Origin: the human T2T-CHM13v2.0 reference genome, Homo sapiens
Assembly: GCF_009914755.1 (NCBI RefSeq)
Contig: NC_060927.1
Reading direction: 5' to 3' (one strand)
DNA length: 64,000 nt
Shown: piece by piece, positions 59,850-64,000 of the stretch
Numbering within the stretch: position 1 is the stretch's first letter
Layout of the letters: every line of letters begins with the position of its first letter
Notes under the pieces: model-generated
What the model was told of the DNA's origin: nothing
The model's input: the letters and a program-made list of their open reading frames with translations, nothing else
The model's database searches: none
Translations under genes and position numbers: made by a program

Positions 59850-61424
59850 AATAAAGCAGAGTGACTAAAGGCATAATTGAAGAATGAATGGGACCCGGAT
59901 TTGGGGGGTTGTTTGTTTGTTTTTAGAACATAGAGTGGCATGGCCGTGCTGGAATGACAAATAACTGGCGTGCTTTTTTTTTGTGTCATTAATATGAATT
60001 ATTATGTTGCACATTTTTGCATGTGTTCTGATAAAAATCAATTCTAGCACTGTGAAGCTTCAGACACCTTGAAAGTCCTAACATTAGAATTGTAAATGTT
60101 ATTTATGGAAATACCTTCCAATGCTATTGAGAAATTCAAATCTCTATTGTATATTGTTCTTTGATATGTGGCTTAGTTTTATGTTTTGATTTTTTTTGCT
60201 ACTGTGCAAGTTTAATGTGAATAAAATCTTTGTGGAATGATGATTTTATGTTTAGTGAGTGGTCATCTGAATTTTCCAGCTCCCCAGAAAATGTATGCAC
60301 TGGTATAGCACCCTTATGTTACTAAAGCCTAGTCTAACACTGAACTCATGTTCTTGATGAGAATACTTCTAGATGAGGAGTATAGTGGTAAGTAAGCTCT
60401 GACTTGGCTCCTTCCACAAACCAAAAAGCTGGAACTTACCACTCAAAAACATGTATAACCTAATAAATTCTACACAAGGCTTTCAAGACCATCAGAGAGC
60501 AAAACCACATGTTCTGTCTTGAGGAGCCATAGCAGAAAGAGCAAATTAGTCATTATTTACTGAACATGATGATTTACTAAATCTCTCCATCTGCATTAGT
60601 ATTTTAAGGAGCACTGTGAGAGAAATCACAAAGTATTAGAGTTTACCATGATTCAGAGAAGTTCTTCAGGCCTGTAGAAAGAGGAGTATGGAACAACCTT
60701 ACATTTGTTGAAATAACTTGAAAAGGAACCATTTCTTGAAGAAACTGAAGTAATAGCAATAAGATTTGATGTGTGAGTAGCTTTGATTTAAAATCAATGC
60801 AAAAAGCACAACTAATAAATTGAATGTTTCCATGTACCTCACTTTATTTCAGTTAACAAGATACTTTGACTTGAAGTGTTTTTAGTGTATCCCTATGAAA
60901 ATCATTTTTGGTACATCTAAGTTTTCACTTATAAACTGTTATTTCAAAGCAAACATACTAGTGATATATATATGATTTATGGATGTTGACGCCAATGTTC
61001 AGTTTGGGTACGTTGGTGTATTGCAAGGGGAGAGGCTTTTATAACAATAGATTTGAACATTTTTAAAAAATTGGACTGTGTAACTTAAATACACAATTAT
61101 TTGGTTTAGGATGGTTATTAGGGCCCATTAGAAACAGGAGAAGTATTTTACCCATTCTTAAAGCTCTAAAAAACCATCTCATGGACTGAAAGGTAGATAG
61201 ACAGATGGACCACAATGGGAAATAGGATGTCCATTTGTACTTCTTTGTACTTTTTTGTTAATAAACTGTTTTGGAATTAATGGCTTAATTTGTGATATCA
61301 TGTTCTAGAAATACCTGCAACATGACAGTCTAATCAGTAGTCTATTAAAACTTGTATTCATAATGTGTATAATTTCCTGGTAAGGCTAACTCCTGATCGT
61401 TTCTGTAGAAAGATGACAAATAAA
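59850..61424 (+). terminator. Cluster of intronic poly(A) signals for the beta isoform
   Basis: AATAAA at 59850, 60220, 60462, 60814, 61260 and 61419; 60220, 61260 and 61419 have GT/T-rich downstream sequence. Confidence 0.65.
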
Positions 61425-62699
61425 GAAAAAGTTATAATTATTAATTATAGTTTTTTGTGTGGTAAAGCAAAGATACTGTGATATTATGTAATGGGGCTTA
61501 TATAGCATTTTAAGGAAGATATTTAATTTCTGGGAAATTAAGTGTTTGAATAATTTACAGTTCATAGTAACTACTGAAGAGATAAATTGTAAAATGGAAA
61601 CTATAAAGTAATTTTGTGATAAAATCTACTTGAAGACTGGCCATAGGCGTGGAAAAATTTTATTTTCAGTGTATAAAAAATGATAAATAGTAGCACTTTT
61701 CTTTTGAGTGCATTTCTTTTCCTTTTTTGTTGTTGAAATAATTATTTGGGTAGATTTTTATTTACTTTCTCCATGAAATATTTATTTCTTGTTTACACTT
61801 ATGTCTTATGAACTTGACTGTATTTTTTGTGTAGATCCTTAAAGTACAATGTTTATTGTTTGATTTTTTTAAAATGCAATGTTTATGCTTGCCAAGATGG
61901 AATTTCAGTTAACTGAGTCAATAAGTAGAGAAACTGAGTTAATGAGTGGAGAGTCTCTGAAAGAAATTTAAAGGACTGTAGATCTACTTCCCTCAATCCC
62001 TACTTCTCCCCCTCAAAAACCAACAAAAAGTTTGTTTGTTTCAGGAGAAAAACATGAAATGTTCAGTTGGTCTGCCATTTAAATTAAAAATGAGAACATA
62101 ATTCAATACATTCGGTAAATAACATGTATTCTAGTGCCCTATTATGGCCAGTTAAGGAAAGGAGGCAGAATGAAGAAGAGAAAATAAGCAAAGTAGAGAC
62201 AATGAGAGGTATACACAGTAGTAAAGGAGAAGGACGCTGGCCTCTCTTCATATAATTGTGTCTCTTTTACTGCTTCTAAAGACTTCTAAAGGTCTGCTGT
62301 GTTTTCATTTCTTGATACCTTCTCTTTGGGCCAGAGAATATTAAGCTGAAGATGGAATGTGACCTGTAGATCAGAGATTTACCACCCCTGCTTTGAAGCA
62401 GTGTTGGTGTATTCCCACTAAAATAAACCAACTGTATAACATTCCCTGGAACTTAATAAGCACTCAATAAATATTTGTTGAATAAATATAGAAATGAAAA
62501 TGCAGAAATCGTACACAGAGTGACTTTTTCTTTAATTTGTTTGGACCTTTATCCTGCATGGAGCAAAATTGGTATTCTAATTCCGAGTGTTGCATCCTTT
62601 ATTACTCTATGGCATACTTGAAAATTTCTTAATTTATTGTGGTGTCCTGTCAGCTAGAGTGAAGGAGGATGGTGCTGGTGGAAAGAGTTGTGCAGGTGA

Positions 62700-63330
62700 G
62701 AGTGAAAAATACTACCATTGACTGTGACATGAAGAGGGAGAAGAAGCCCCAGAAAAGATGGAGGATCACTGAGCCTGGCAACAGTTGTGGCCTGGCCGTG
62801 TTAAACTTAGAAGAATTCAAGCTACCTGTAATAATTGATCCTGACTCTGAATGGATTTTGGTTAGAGAGAGTAAGAGCATAGGCAGGAATTGAGAGCTCA
62901 GTGGAAGAAGGGTCCAGAACACATTAGCAGTTAACTGCAATGACAGCAATGCCAAGTAAAAATTAGCTCTCATCTCTGCCAAAAGGAAAATCTAGTTTCT
63001 AATGATAGCCTTTACCATATATTAATGCTGATTAGGAAGCAGAAGTCCAGTTAATGGGATATTAAAAATGGAAGAAGTTAAGATACGAAGCAAAATAGAT
63101 CAACAAACTATTTCAAGTACTGGCATCCCCAGTCAGTGATTAAGTCAGAAGAGGCAGCAGTGGCAAACAATCCTGTAATTTTGAGATAGATTCTTCTATG
63201 ACAAATAATTGCTGTTATGAAGACCATCACTTGATTAGGACCTGTCGATCACCAGTTAAGTTGGAAGTTGAAAAAGGATTATCCTCTCTTACTCTTCAAG
63301 TAACTAGTAGAACTTGTTAGAAATGTTAGT
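62700..63330 (+). mobile_element. Ancient LINE endonuclease remnant (RTE/L4-like)
   Basis: Ordered degenerate APE motifs NDSNAK, YWHP, EIDS, DHQL. Confidence 0.5.
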
Positions 63331-63554
63331 GAAAATTAAGGGAAATTAGAAGTAAAGTGTAAATTAAAATTCAAGGAAATTGGTATACTAACCAGGATGT
63401 TGGTTTTATTTTTGATAAAAGTAAACACATTGCAAATGTTAAGTACGTATTGTAACCTTCATTCCCCTGGGGCACCTGACTAATGGAGCCTTGGGGAAAG
63501 TTTTCTGCTTCAATTTGAATACGTATATTTTAGCTGGAGATTTCTTTCGAGGAA

Positions 63555-63683
63555 CTAGAATGTAAGCTCCATGAGGGCAGGGATTTATTTGTGTTTTGTT
63601 CATTAATGTATTCCCAGCATCTACAACACTGTCTGTGCATAGTTGACACTTAATAAATAATTGATGAATGAATGAATGAATGA
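63555..63683 (+). mobile_element. L2 3' end
   Basis: TAGAATGTAAGCTCCATGAGGGCAGGG...AATAAATA...(TGAA)n. Confidence 0.85.
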
Positions 63684-64000
63684 AAAAATGAACACACAGA
63701 CAAATGGATGAATGAGCAATATTGCATTATTAAGCACCCATTATCTTATATGCTCTTGTCTGCATTAGGAACTTTCCTAACCTCACTAGCAATTCTGTCT
63801 GTGTGTAAAGACAGGAAATTTGAAATGGAGAAAATATACCTCTGGTCATATAGTCAGGGGTTTCACTGTTATACTTAGCATAGAGAAAAATGCAGGAAAT
63901 TCCCATTTTTTCAAGAGGCAGGCAATCCTGAGGGCTTGTCTTCTGCTTGCTTGGCTATCAATCAAAGAAAACATGTTTTATGGTATTGTACTTGCTTCAT

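Noticed and set aside
59810-64000. Alpha-specific exon 13
   Set aside because: No phase-0 exon continuing the armadillo sequence was found; it presumably lies beyond the window.

Overview
Human genomic DNA containing the CpG-island promoter and first 12 coding exons of ARMC8 (+ strand), the armadillo-repeat Gid5-like subunit of the GID/CTLH E3 ligase. The exons join with canonical GT-AG introns into 378 uninterrupted codons (MACLLETPIRMSVLS EVTASSRHY...DEDIRKK). Read-through of the exon 12 donor gives the complete short beta isoform (...[21 protein letters not shown]), followed by a poly(A)-signal-rich UTR. The long alpha isoform continues beyond the window. Introns are dense in repeats (about 39 Alus, plus L1, L2, MIR, MaLR and DNA transposon fossils), and most of the supplied ORF track is Alu or intron noise. 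I see no new gene system. The best second-look items are: an ATG-ending alternative exon that would turn exon 1 into a uORF; an Alu-flanked exon 3-5 back-splice unit with a possible 143-aa circular ORF; a chimeric old-AluS/AluYb8 element; a twin-primed 5'-inverted L1; and the intronic polyadenylation switch. Repeat boundaries and subfamilies were read by eye and are approximate.
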